In this document: in pieces, positions 1 to 8,095 of the stretch | Position numbering within the stretch: the first letter of the stretch is position 1 | How the letters are laid out: every line of letters begins with the position of its first letter | DNA from: Candidatus Binatia bacterium | GTDB taxonomy: Bacteria > Patescibacteriota > Patescibacteriia > SG8-24 | Assembly: GCA_035495855.1 (NCBI GenBank) | Contig: DATJFD010000002.1 | Span: 13,365-77,364 of the forward strand | DNA: 64,000 nucleotides | Direction of reading: 5' to 3' | Notes under the pieces: model-generated | Database searches by the model: none | What the model saw: only the letters and a program-made list of their open reading frames with translations | Told to the model about the DNA's origin: nothing | Translations under genes and position numbers: made by a program

Positions 1-2
1 TC

Positions 3-92
3 GACGGCCGCGTGCCGGTGCGTTCCAAGCCGAACAAGTACGACCGGAAGTACCTCGCCGTGAAGAAGAAGCGGATGGGACACGATCTGTGA
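3..92 (+). CDS. 3' end of unidentified CDS entering from upstream (...KPNKYDRKYLAVKKKRMGHDL*)
   Basis: Open frame from the window edge to TGA at 90-92. No family recognised. Confidence 0.3.
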   Translation, partial: DGRVPVRSKPNKYDRKYLAVKKKRMGHDL

Positions 93-94
93 TG

Positions 95-160
95 CGGGGA
101 GGGGAAAAGGGGTAAAGGGGCAGAGGGACAACGCTTTACCCCTCTACCCCTTTCCCCCTT
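95..160. repeat. heptamer-word palindrome (GGGGAAA/GGGGTAA words)
   Basis: Purine-rich left arm with an approximately complementary right arm. Confidence 0.5.
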
Positions 161-162
161 AC

Positions 163-193
163 AAAAAGAAAACCCGCCAACAGGCGGGTGTTT
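163..193. terminator. bidirectional intrinsic terminator
   Basis: CCCGCC-aaca-GGCGGG hairpin flanked by an A-run and a T-run, between convergent genes. Confidence 0.6.
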
Positions 194-885
194 CAGTCAT
201 CGAAGGTCGTGTCCGGTTCGCGCGGCGCGGCGGGCGGCGCGATGGTCCGGAGCAGCCAGTCCGTGAGCGGGATGGAGACGTTGAGGTTCCATTTCCGCAT
301 CAGTCGTGGATCGTGGTGCCGCGCATGATGGCGGCCCCAGCGGCGGATGAGGCCGAGCTTGCCGATCGGATGCCCCGCGGGCAGGTGGTACGAGAGATGG
401 AGAAGCTCGTAGGCCGCCAGGTAGAGCGATTCGGTGGCGAGCGCCAGCCAGCCGGCGTTGGCGCCGAAGACCAGCGCGGGGACGAGCGCGACGAGCGCGG
501 CGGCCAGGGCCACGACCGAGAAGGTCGCGGGGCCGAGCAATACGAGCGGCAGTTCGCGCCAGTCGCGGACGGCCATCGTCTCCTCGCGGTACAGGCGATG
601 GTGCTCGAGCGTGTGCTTCTTGTAGATGAAGCCGCCGAGCCGGGGCCGGTGCAGCACCTCGCGGTGGATGAGCCACTCGAAGGCGTTGGCGACGAGGAAG
701 GTCGCGGGAACGACCAGCCATTCGAGCGCGCGGACGTCGTGCAGGCGCAGGGTCGCGATGATCGCGGCGGCCAGGCCGATGCCGGGCGCGATGCAGACGT
801 GCCCGAGCGGCGAGTACCACCGCGGGACATGGGACAGGAGCGAAAGCCGGAGTTCTTCACGCTTGTCGGACATGGGTGCCTCCAT
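193..885 (-). CDS. fatty acid hydroxylase / sterol desaturase superfamily membrane protein
   Basis: His boxes HREVLH, HTLEHH and HHARHH plus hydrophobic segments. Start taken at MEAPMSDKR inside the 193..978 ORF. Confidence 0.7.
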   Translation of the reverse strand: MEAPMSDKREELRLSLLSHVPRWYSPLGHVCIAPGIGLAAAIIATLRLHDVRALEWLVVPATFLVANAFEWLIHREVLHRPRLGGFIYKKHTLEHHRLYREETMAVRDWRELPLVLLGPATFSVVALAAALVALVPALVFGANAGWLALATESLYLAAYELLHLSYHLPAGHPIGKLGLIRRWGRHHARHHDPRLMRKWNLNVSIPLTDWLLRTIAPPAAPREPDTTFDD

Positions 886-937
886 GCGGGAGGGCCGATG
901 AAAGGAACACGGGATGAACTTACCTTTATGAAATATA

Positions 938-1108
938 AAAGACCAGAGTACAGAGGACGGAGGGAGACCAAAGAGCAAAGGGCAAAGTAAGATCAGAGAA
1001 CAAAGAGGCCGCCGCCTCGTCGTGAACGAGGCGGCGGCCTCTGCTCTTTGTCCTCACTTTGTACTTTGATCTCCTTTCTCCCTCTGCCCTCCATTCTCTG
1101 AACTCTCA
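938..1108. repeat. heptamer-word nested palindrome around a GC hairpin (1005-1041)
   Basis: Arms are built of CAGAGNN/CAAAGNN words. The core is GAGGCCGCCGCCTCG..CGAGGCGGCGGCCTC. Confidence 0.7.
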
Positions 1109-1127
1109 TAGAAGAAAAAGACCCGCC

Positions 1128-1475
1128 TCAGCGGGTCTTGAAGTCGATCCTGAATTCCTTTCCCTGGTCCTTGAAGCCCAGCTTCAGGTACAGGGCATGG
1201 ACCTTCTCGCGTTCGTGGCGGCTCGTGGCCACCAGCTTGTAGCACCCGCGCCTGCGGGCCTCGCTGATGACGCGCTGCACGAGCGCGGTCCCGACGGAGC
1301 CGCCGCGGTGCTCCGGTTCGACGAACACGTCCTCCATGAACCCGAACGGGCGGTCGTGGAGCTTGTTCCACAGCACGTAGAGGAACGCGCGGCCGACGAT
1401 CTTCCCCTTCACCGCGCGGGTGATGAGGATGCCGCTGGCCGGCGCCCTCGTGATGGTGAGGTGCATGCGCGACAT
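1128..1475 (-). CDS. GNAT family N-acetyltransferase
   Basis: Last 115 codons of ORF 1128..2183 (MSRMHLTI...VEPEHRGGSVGTALVQRVISEARRRGCYKLV). GGAGGAG lies 4 nt upstream of the ATG. The terminator hairpin overlaps the stop codon. Confidence 0.8.
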   Translation of the reverse strand: MSRMHLTITRAPASGILITRAVKGKIVGRAFLYVLWNKLHDRPFGFMEDVFVEPEHRGGSVGTALVQRVISEARRRGCYKLVATSRHEREKVHALYLKLGFKDQGKEFRIDFKTR

Positions 1476-1486
1476 GGCTCCTCCTT

Positions 1487-2089
1487 TCAGGTGCCCGAGA
1501 GCACGTACCAGACGCCTTCGTCGTGCTCGCGGAACGGTTCGACGAGCGGAACGAACGACGGGAGCAGGCGGATGAGCGGTTCGAGCGCGTCGGCTTCGCG
1601 CCGCCCTTCGGCCGCGAAGGCCGTGAAAGCGCTGAGCGCGTACCGCACGGTATCCCAGCACGGGGCCTGCGCCAGCGCGCCGGCGTCCTTGAGTGACCGG
1701 CGCAGGGCCGCCTCGAGCCCGTCGCCGAGCGCGGCCGCGAAGGCCATCTCGAAACGCGGGTTCGAAAGCGCGGGCGTGCGTTCGCCGTCGTAGCGCGCCC
1801 GCAGGCGGTCGTACAGGAACGCATGGTCCGGCGCCGGTTCCCATAGCGGTTCGCGGTGCGGGATGCAGGCGGCCATGAACACGCAGCCGCGCGCATGGAA
1901 CTTGCCGGCGTGCCACAGCGCCGTGGCGATGCCGCCGACGTCCGCGCACGAGCCGCGGTCGAGCGGATAAGCGCCGGACGCCGCGATGGCGAAGAACGGT
2001 TCGAGGGCGGCGAGCGCGCGCTCGACGCCGGACGGGGTGCCGCCGTGCGCGAGCAGATCGCGCCGCAGCGCTTCGGGTTCGGTCTTCAT
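1487..2089 (-). CDS. hypothetical protein, member 1 of a 3-member paralog family (see 42515 and 43176)
   Basis: Starts at MKTEPEAL. Shares LEPFFxxAxSGxYPL near the N-terminus and LLPxxVP...W.VL at the C-terminus with the other two members. Confidence 0.6.
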   Translation of the reverse strand: MKTEPEALRRDLLAHGGTPSGVERALAALEPFFAIAASGAYPLDRGSCADVGGIATALWHAGKFHARGCVFMAACIPHREPLWEPAPDHAFLYDRLRARYDGERTPALSNPRFEMAFAAALGDGLEAALRRSLKDAGALAQAPCWDTVRYALSAFTAFAAEGRREADALEPLIRLLPSFVPLVEPFREHDEGVWYVLSGT

Positions 2090-2173
2090 GATGTCGCCTC
2101 CGCAGGGATGGGAAAGAACGGCGCTTCCGCGCCCACCCGACCTTACTTGAGAATCGGTGAAAGTCAATCGTAT

Positions 2174-2301
2174 GAAAGACCAAAGAACACAGAACAAAGA
2201 CGAAAGATCAGAGACAAAAGACCAGAGACGTTGGGTCGCCACCGGCGTCCTTGTTCTTTTTTCTTTGGTCTTTCATCTCTGTTCTTTGTTCTCTGGTCTT
2301 T
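2174..2301. repeat. heptamer-word palindrome (AAAGACC/AAAGAAC words)
   Basis: The left arm at 2174-2228 and right arm at 2241-2301 are approximate complements. Confidence 0.7.
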
Positions 2302-2342
2302 AATTGCAAAAGAAAAACCCCGCACGCGTGTGCGGGGAAACG

Positions 2343-3254
2343 TTACTGCGGCGAGGGCTCGTCGCCCTCGATGCGGTAGTTGATGCCCTGGACATGGATG
2401 TGGTTCCAGAGCGACTTGACCTTGGCCGTGCCGGAAGCTGCGGCGGCCATGCTCTCGGTGTCCGGCTTGTACCACTTGTACGTGCCGTCCTGCACGCCCT
2501 TCCAGAACGCCTTGAACCTCCCGACGGGGATGGTCACGATGTTCTGCGATCCGCGCGCGCCGATCGTGCCGACCAGGAAGGCCACGATGCCCTTCTGGTG
2601 CTGGCTGACGATCGCCGAGCCGGACGAGCCGGGACCGCTGCTCATCTGCACGAGCGTCGCTCCCTTCCAGTTGATCGAATCCTGGATCACCGGACGGTCG
2701 AGCTTCTCCATGCTGACGTGGCCGCGGAACAGTTGCTTGCCGAGGCCGAGCGGCGAGGCGAAGTTCGAGACGTTCTCGCCGAGCTGCGGGTCGTTCGCCG
2801 CCAGCGGGATCGTGGGAACGTCCTTGGCGAGGTCCACCTCGAGGACCGCGAAGTCGTCGCCGCGGTGCTGGTAGCCCACGCCGATGACCTTGGCCTCGAT
2901 CAGGCTCTTGTTGCCGGGCTCGTCGAAGGTGATGAACCAGTTCGTCTTCGCGACGTCCACCCGTTCGTGCTGGGTGTCGTCGTCCGAGACGCAGTGCGCC
3001 GCGGTGACGAAATGGTACTTCTTGTCCTTCTTCTCGAACGCGGTGACCGTGCACATCATCCGGAAGCCGCCGTCGTCGGTCTGCGCGTAGAGCAGGCCGG
3101 ACGCGAGGCGGAAGTCCTTCTCCAGCTGGTTCAGCTCGTCGGCCGAGGGGGCCGGCGCCGCGTAGGCGGTGGAAGAAAAGGCCGGTACGCATGAGAGCGC
3201 GCACACGGCAAGTGCCATAGACGAAAGCGAAGCACACGTCCGTGGGAAACCCAT
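2343..3254 (-). CDS. secreted trypsin-like (S1) serine protease
   Basis: TAAHCV (His) and GSSGSAIV (Ser) motifs with an N-terminal signal-like segment. AAGGAG lies 7 nt upstream of the ATG at 3254. Confidence 0.8.
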   Translation of the reverse strand: MGFPRTCASLSSMALAVCALSCVPAFSSTAYAAPAPSADELNQLEKDFRLASGLLYAQTDDGGFRMMCTVTAFEKKDKKYHFVTAAHCVSDDDTQHERVDVAKTNWFITFDEPGNKSLIEAKVIGVGYQHRGDDFAVLEVDLAKDVPTIPLAANDPQLGENVSNFASPLGLGKQLFRGHVSMEKLDRPVIQDSINWKGATLVQMSSGPGSSGSAIVSQHQKGIVAFLVGTIGARGSQNIVTIPVGRFKAFWKGVQDGTYKWYKPDTESMAAAASGTAKVKSLWNHIHVQGINYRIEGDEPSPQ

Positions 3255-3405
3255 GGGTAACGCTCCTTGCTTGCCAAGCATGGTGACCGCGAGAGAAAGC
3301 GGCAAGGTCTGACTTGAAAATGACCTTCACGAACTATAACAGGGGAACTCCGGGCGTCAAATGCGCGTTTTTCGGCCCTGTGCAGCCATGCTATGCTCAG
3401 GGAGT

Positions 3406-3984
3406 ATGTGGCTCAGCTTCGTCCAGGTGTTCTTCGCCGTTTTCGGCGTGATGGACCCGGTCGGCAACGTCCCGGTGTTCATTTCGCTGACCGGCAAGCT
3501 CGACAAGGCCGCCCGCGAGAAGCTCGCCACCGAGGCCGTCATCCGCGCCGGCATCATCCTGACGGTCTTCGTGTTCCTCGGGAACGCGGTCCTGAACGCC
3601 TTCCATATCTCGATAGAGAGCTTCCGCATCGCCGGCGGCATCGTGCTCGTGCTGCTCGGCCTGCAGATCATGTTCGGCATCGTGCTCGAGGACGACCGGC
3701 CGGACGCCGACGGCGACATCAGCGTCGTGCCGCTCGCCATGCCGCTCATCGCGGGGCCGGGGATGATCACGCTCGCGGTCATCCTCTCCAAGGAATACGG
3801 CTATCTGCTGACGCTCGCCGGCATCGCCGCCAATCTCGCTCTGACGAAGATCTTCTTCCATTTCTCCGGCATCATCCTGCGCATGCTCGGCAAGAAAGGT
3901 TCGCTCGCCTTCGCCAAGGTCATGGGCCTCATCCTCGTCGCCATCGGCGTCGAGTTCATCCGTTCCGCTCTGGGCGCGCGTTGA
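3406..3984 (+). CDS. MarC family (UPF0056) integral membrane protein
   Basis: MWLSFVQVFFAVFGVMDPVGNVPVFISL... is typical of MarC. A TATGCT -10 box lies 8 nt upstream of the ATG. Confidence 0.8.
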   Translation: MWLSFVQVFFAVFGVMDPVGNVPVFISLTGKLDKAAREKLATEAVIRAGIILTVFVFLGNAVLNAFHISIESFRIAGGIVLVLLGLQIMFGIVLEDDRPDADGDISVVPLAMPLIAGPGMITLAVILSKEYGYLLTLAGIAANLALTKIFFHFSGIILRMLGKKGSLAFAKVMGLILVAIGVEFIRSALGAR

Positions 3985-4039
3985 ACCGTCCCTGCGGTTT
4001 TCTGCTATACTTCCGGCGATAAGTCCTTCAGCCGAAGCC

Positions 4040-4225
4040 ATGAAAGTCCTCAAGTGCAGGGATTTCGGGATCGATTGCCCGGCCGAGTTCCGGGGCGAGA
4101 CGGTCGAAGACGTCCTTGAGCAGGCCAAGCGCCACGGCATGGAGAGCCACGGCCAGACCAAGGAGCAGGTCGAGGCGCCCGAGGTCCGGAAGATCGCCGA
4201 GGAGAAAAGCCGCGACCAGTCCTGA
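4040..4225 (+). CDS. small DUF1059-like protein
   Basis: MKVLKCRDFGIDCPAEF...HGMESHG pattern. A TGCTATACT -10 box lies about 28 nt upstream. Confidence 0.7.
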   Translation: MKVLKCRDFGIDCPAEFRGETVEDVLEQAKRHGMESHGQTKEQVEAPEVRKIAEEKSRDQS

Positions 4226-4229
4226 CCCT

Positions 4230-7124
4230 ATGTCGTCCCACAAATTTTCTCGTGCCGCGCGGGGAGCGGCGACAGCGACCGCCGCCTTGGCCGCGTTCTT
4301 CGCGTTCGCCTCGTTCGCGATCGGCGCCGGCGTCGCCATCGTCTCCGGCCCGTCGGTCCAGCCCTCGGAAATGACCGCGTCGAGCGCCGTCGTGCGCTGG
4401 CAGACCGACGTCGAAAGCACCACGGTCGTCCGTTTCGGCACCACGACCGCGCTCGGGCAGGAATACAAGAAGATCGAGCCCATCACCGAGGTCGAGACGA
4501 CGGAGATCGTGCACACTATGACGCTCGCCGGCCTGCAGCCGGACACGACCTATTTCTATGTGGCGCACTCCGCGACCGCCGACGCCGCCGTTGATTCGCC
4601 GATGCTGAGCTTCCATACGCCCGCGGCTTGCCAGGCCGATACATGGGAATGCGGGGCTTGGGGCGCGTGCAGCGCGGCGACCGGTACGCAGACGCGCATC
4701 TGCACCATGACGAACGACTGCCCGGACGTCTCCACGCCCAGACCGTCGCAGAGCCAGGCGTGCACGCCAGCCTGCACCGCGGACACGTGGGAATGCTCGG
4801 CCTGGGGCGCGTGCGCCAAGAGCGCCGACGGCAGTTACGATCAGCCGCGCACCTGCACCCTCAAGACCGACTGCCCCGGCGTGACGACGCCGAAACCGGC
4901 GGAGTCGCAGTCCTGCACGCCGTCCTGCACGGCGGACACGTGGTCTTGCACGGCTTACGGCGCCTGCGACCCGGCGACGAGCAAGCAGGCGCGCACCTGC
5001 ACCCTCAAGACCGACTGCCCGACGGCAACGACCGCCAAGCCCGCCGAATCGCGGTCCTGCACGGTGGCGACCCCGCCGCCCGCTCCGCCCGCGCCTCCGG
5101 CCCCGGCGCCCGTGCCGCCTCCCGCGCCTCCGCCGCAGCCCGCCTGCGACGCGGACGTCTGGGATTGCGGAGCCTGGGGGGATTGCGTCGTCGGCGCGAA
5201 CGGCGGCTATTTCCGCACCAGGAACTGCACGCTGGCGACCGACTGCCCTGCAGCCGAAACGCCGTCGCCTTCGGCGTCCGAGGCTTGCGAGCCGCCGGCG
5301 AACGCCGGCGCCGAAGGCACGAACTCGGCTCCCGCCGAGGGCGGCCTGCTGACATCGCTGGGAGACGCCGGCATCGCGGACACGGTCACCGTCCGCAGCG
5401 AACCCGGCTCGACGGACCCGAACCAATCGCTCGCGCCCGACTACGTCGTCACCCTCGTGGGCGTGGACCCCGCCCTGCAGCAGGAACTCGTGCGCGAGTG
5501 CCGCGACAACGGCATCCTCGCATCCCGCTGCGCAGCCTGGCTCACGGCCAAATACCAGGACCGCCGCTGCCTCGACGCGGGCAAGACCACGCGCGAGACG
5601 TGCGAGGGGTATCTCACCGGCCTGAACGGCGGCATCTTCCCGGGATGCGAGGGCAGGACGGACACGGAATGCGCCGCCGTCAAAGGCCGGCCGCTCATGG
5701 GTTACATCAACCTCGCCGCGAAGGCGAAGTTCGACGCCGTGCTGCAGGGCGCGCTCGATGGAGGCTTGCCGGTGGAGACGATCGACGGCCTGACCGCCGT
5801 GACGCCCGCGACGGCGAGGACGTCCATCTGGTGGCCGTCCCTGGAAGGCGATACCGCGCCCGCCATGATCATCGGCGACATGGACCGCGACGGCCTGCCC
5901 GACGATCTCGAGGTCCGCATGGGCTGGGACCCGCGCTCGAGCGACGTCGAGGGCGACGCGAAACAGGCGCGCGCGGTCCTGAAGTCGTTCTTCGAGCACG
6001 GCGACAAGCCGACGCAGTTCGTGTTCGTCGACGTCGACGGGAACGGGTCGCTCGATCTCGTCGAAGACCGCAAGCTGCTCGGGCTCAAGACGTACGATCC
6101 GGTCAAGGTCTATCTGCCGGGCGACACGTCGAAGAGGGTGAAGAACATGATGGCGGCGTTCTTCGGCGCCGAAGGCGACATGGCCGCCAAGCTCGGCGTC
6201 GACCTCGACGGCGACGGCGTTCCGGAAGCGAAGCTCTCGCGCGCGGTGCTCAAGACGTTCTTCCAGAAGGGGGACAGACCGACCGAGCAGCAGTTCGGTT
6301 CGATGATCGATCCGCGCGCCTTCGCCCCGGCCGACCTCGCGCTCATCACCGGGCACGCCATCGGGCAGCCGCTCGGCGCGGGAGAGACCGATCCGTCCTT
6401 CACCGTGGCCGTCGACCTGGACGCGAACACGACAGGAAAGAGTTCTCCCTCGCGCGACGCCAACGAACCGTCGCTCGGCACGCCGACCCGCGACCAGAAC
6501 GAACCAGGCGTGCTCGGCATCGGTCCCGTCAACGCGCCTATGGAATGCGAGACCGACAGGAATTGTCCGCCGGAATACCCGCAGTGCGTCGACCGCCGCT
6601 GCATCGGCGACGGGCATGACGCGAACGAGCCGCAGAGGCCCGGCACGACCGGCTACAACGACCGGGGCAACGAGGGCGATTACTCCAAGCACGCGTTCGT
6701 CCTCAGGGGCAAGGCGGCGCCGCATGCGGTCGTGGTGCTCTACATCTACAGCTACGTGCCGATGGTGCTCACCACCACGACGGACGAGAACGGCCAGTAC
6801 ACGTACGACGTCAGCGACAGCGTCGTCGACGGCGAGCATACGGCGTACGTCGCCGTCACCGACGACACGGGCAAGGTGGCGAAGAAGAGCTCGCCGCTGT
6901 CCTTCTTCGTGAAGGAAGCGCAAGCCGTCACGCAGGACGACTTCTACGCCTCCGACTCGAGCGCCAACGTGCCGACCGAGCCGGTCGCGCAGTGGCAGCG
7001 GTCGTACCTCATCGGCGCGGGCGCGGCGGTGGTGCTCGCGCTCATCGGCGTCTGGCTGTTCGTCGCCCGCAAGCTCGGGCCCGACCAGCCGCCGACGCCG
7101 CCCGCCGAACCGCCGAAGCAGTAG
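4230..7124 (+). CDS. large (964 aa) C-terminally anchored surface protein: FN3-like module, 4 Cys-rich repeats, Asp-rich Ca-binding-like motifs
   Basis: Starts at MSSHKF with a signal-like segment. VVRWQTD...YFYV resembles FN3. Four CxADxWxCxxWGxC...RxCT...DCP...C repeats follow, then DxDxDG-type motifs (MDRDGLPDD, VDVDGNGSLD, VDLDGDGVPE). A C-terminal TM helix is followed by a Pro-rich tail. Confidence 0.75.
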   Translation: MSSHKFSRAARGAATATAALAAFFAFASFAIGAGVAIVSGPSVQPSEMTASSAVVRWQTDVESTTVVRFGTTTALGQEYKKIEPITEVETTEIVHTMTLAGLQPDTTYFYVAHSATADAAVDSPMLSFHTPAACQADTWECGAWGACSAATGTQTRICTMTNDCPDVSTPRPSQSQACTPACTADTWECSAWGACAKSADGSYDQPRTCTLKTDCPGVTTPKPAESQSCTPSCTADTWSCTAYGACDPATSKQARTCTLKTDCPTATTAKPAESRSCTVATPPPAPPAPPAPAPVPPPAPPPQPACDADVWDCGAWGDCVVGANGGYFRTRNCTLATDCPAAETPSPSASEACEPPANAGAEGTNSAPAEGGLLTSLGDAGIADTVTVRSEPGSTDPNQSLAPDYVVTLVGVDPALQQELVRECRDNGILASRCAAWLTAKYQDRRCLDAGKTTRETCEGYLTGLNGGIFPGCEGRTDTECAAVKGRPLMGYINLAAKAKFDAVLQGALDGGLPVETIDGLTAVTPATARTSIWWPSLEGDTAPAMIIGDMDRDGLPDDLEVRMGWDPRSSDVEGDAKQARAVLKSFFEHGDKPTQFVFVDVDGNGSLDLVEDRKLLGLKTYDPVKVYLPGDTSKRVKNMMAAFFGAEGDMAAKLGVDLDGDGVPEAKLSRAVLKTFFQKGDRPTEQQFGSMIDPRAFAPADLALITGHAIGQPLGAGETDPSFTVAVDLDANTTGKSSPSRDANEPSLGTPTRDQNEPGVLGIGPVNAPMECETDRNCPPEYPQCVDRRCIGDGHDANEPQRPGTTGYNDRGNEGDYSKHAFVLRGKAAPHAVVVLYIYSYVPMVLTTTTDENGQYTYDVSDSVVDGEHTAYVAVTDDTGKVAKKSSPLSFFVKEAQAVTQDDFYASDSSANVPTEPVAQWQRSYLIGAGAAVVLALIGVWLFVARKLGPDQPPTPPAEPPKQ
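4623..5294 (+). repeat. 4 in-frame tandem coding repeats of about 145-153 bp (6-Cys module), the fourth separated by a Pro-rich linker
   Basis: Units at 4623-4769, 4770-4922, 4923-5066 and 5142-5294, by manual alignment of the protein. Confidence 0.8.
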
Positions 7125-7129
7125 AGTGC

Positions 7130-7255
7130 GAAGGGCAAAGGACAAAGGCCAGAGCTTAGAGGAAAAGGCATCCTAAAAACGCCCTGCGCAAGCAGGGCGT
7201 TTTTTTGAACATCTCGCATTCCTCTAAACTCCGTTCTCTGCCCTCTGTTCTTGCT
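7130..7255. repeat. nested palindrome with conserved terminator core
   Basis: GGGCAAAGGACAAAGGCCAGAGCTTAGAGGAA .. AAAAACGCCCTGCGCAAGCAGGGCGTTTTTTT .. TTCCTCTAAACTCCGTTCTCTGCCCTCTG. Confidence 0.8.
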
Positions 7256-8088
7256 CACTGCATCGTCACGATCTCCTTGCAGGAATCGACGATGCTCTTC
7301 ACGCGGTCGATGGGGATGCCGGTGCTCGCCGCGAGCGGGCCGGGCTTCTTCCCGGAGATCTCCCGGCAGAGCATCAGGTTCTTCTTGGAGAAGGCCTCGA
7401 GCTCCCACTGCTTCAGGTTCTCGAGCACGGTGATGGGATAGAGCGCGGCGTGGTCGACCATGCGGGCGAGCGACTGCTCCGTCTGGCTCCAGCCGATCAT
7501 GACGATGCCTTTGCAGACGCCGAACTGGTGCGCGCGGTCCGAGAAGCGGCCGTTCGTCACGATCCAGGCCTCGTCGAAGAAGGGCGTGTTCTTGCCGGCC
7601 TTCGATCCTTCGCGCAGGTCGATGAGCCGCGCCCAGGTCGCCATGGCGTCCTTGAGCGTGACGGTATCGTCGAAGCGGTTCCGGAACTTCGCCTCGATCA
7701 TGATGGTCCGGCTCGGCGACGTGGCGATGACGTCCACCTCGTGCATGACGCACAGGCCGGAGAGCTCGTTGTCGGGGATCTCCGTCTTGTACTCGTAGGC
7801 CCGCAGGATGGAGGCCACGTACTTCTCGAACTTGAAGCCGGCAGGACCGAGCTTCAGCAGTCCCGTCCTCAGGTTGTAGCGGTGCGCCAGGCACCGGCTC
7901 TCCGAGCGGAGTTCCTTGCGGACGATGGCGTAGACCTCGTTCGTGGTCATGCCGTCCTTCGTCTGGGCCATGACCTTCTGGACGATGTGGTTGATGAGAT
8001 CGTCCTTCGCGCCGATGCGCCGCAGCGTGTCGACGATCTTCTCGGGCTTGAACTGGACCTTGTCACCGTTGGCTTTCACGACGAGCAT
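7255..8088 (-). CDS. ATP-cone domain fused to a PD-(D/E)xK (restriction endonuclease-like) domain
   Basis: The N-terminus MLVVKANGDKVQFKPEKIVDTLRRIG... looks like an ATP-cone. Downstream HEVDVIA...IMIEAKF fits D...ExK. No N-terminal zinc ribbon, so it is not NrdR. Confidence 0.65.
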   Translation of the reverse strand: MLVVKANGDKVQFKPEKIVDTLRRIGAKDDLINHIVQKVMAQTKDGMTTNEVYAIVRKELRSESRCLAHRYNLRTGLLKLGPAGFKFEKYVASILRAYEYKTEIPDNELSGLCVMHEVDVIATSPSRTIMIEAKFRNRFDDTVTLKDAMATWARLIDLREGSKAGKNTPFFDEAWIVTNGRFSDRAHQFGVCKGIVMIGWSQTEQSLARMVDHAALYPITVLENLKQWELEAFSKKNLMLCREISGKKPGPLAASTGIPIDRVKSIVDSCKEIVTMQ

Positions 8089-8095
8089 ACGCCGT

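Noticed and set aside
1128-2183. 351-aa minus-strand ORF.
   Set aside because: Only the last 115 codons (GNAT, with a strong SD) are credible. The upstream part is off-frame overlap with the better-supported paralog-family CDS 1487..2089.
4050-7145. 1031-aa ORF on the minus strand, plus several other ORFs of 80-660 aa in this span.
   Set aside because: It is antisense to the surface-protein gene. The translation is Arg/Gly/Ala-rich low complexity with no motifs, a typical GC-rich shadow ORF. The plus-strand frame has clear domain and repeat structure.
7255-8088. ATP-cone protein considered as NrdR.
   Set aside because: It has no N-terminal CxxC...CxxC zinc ribbon, is about twice the NrdR length and has a nuclease-like C-terminal domain.
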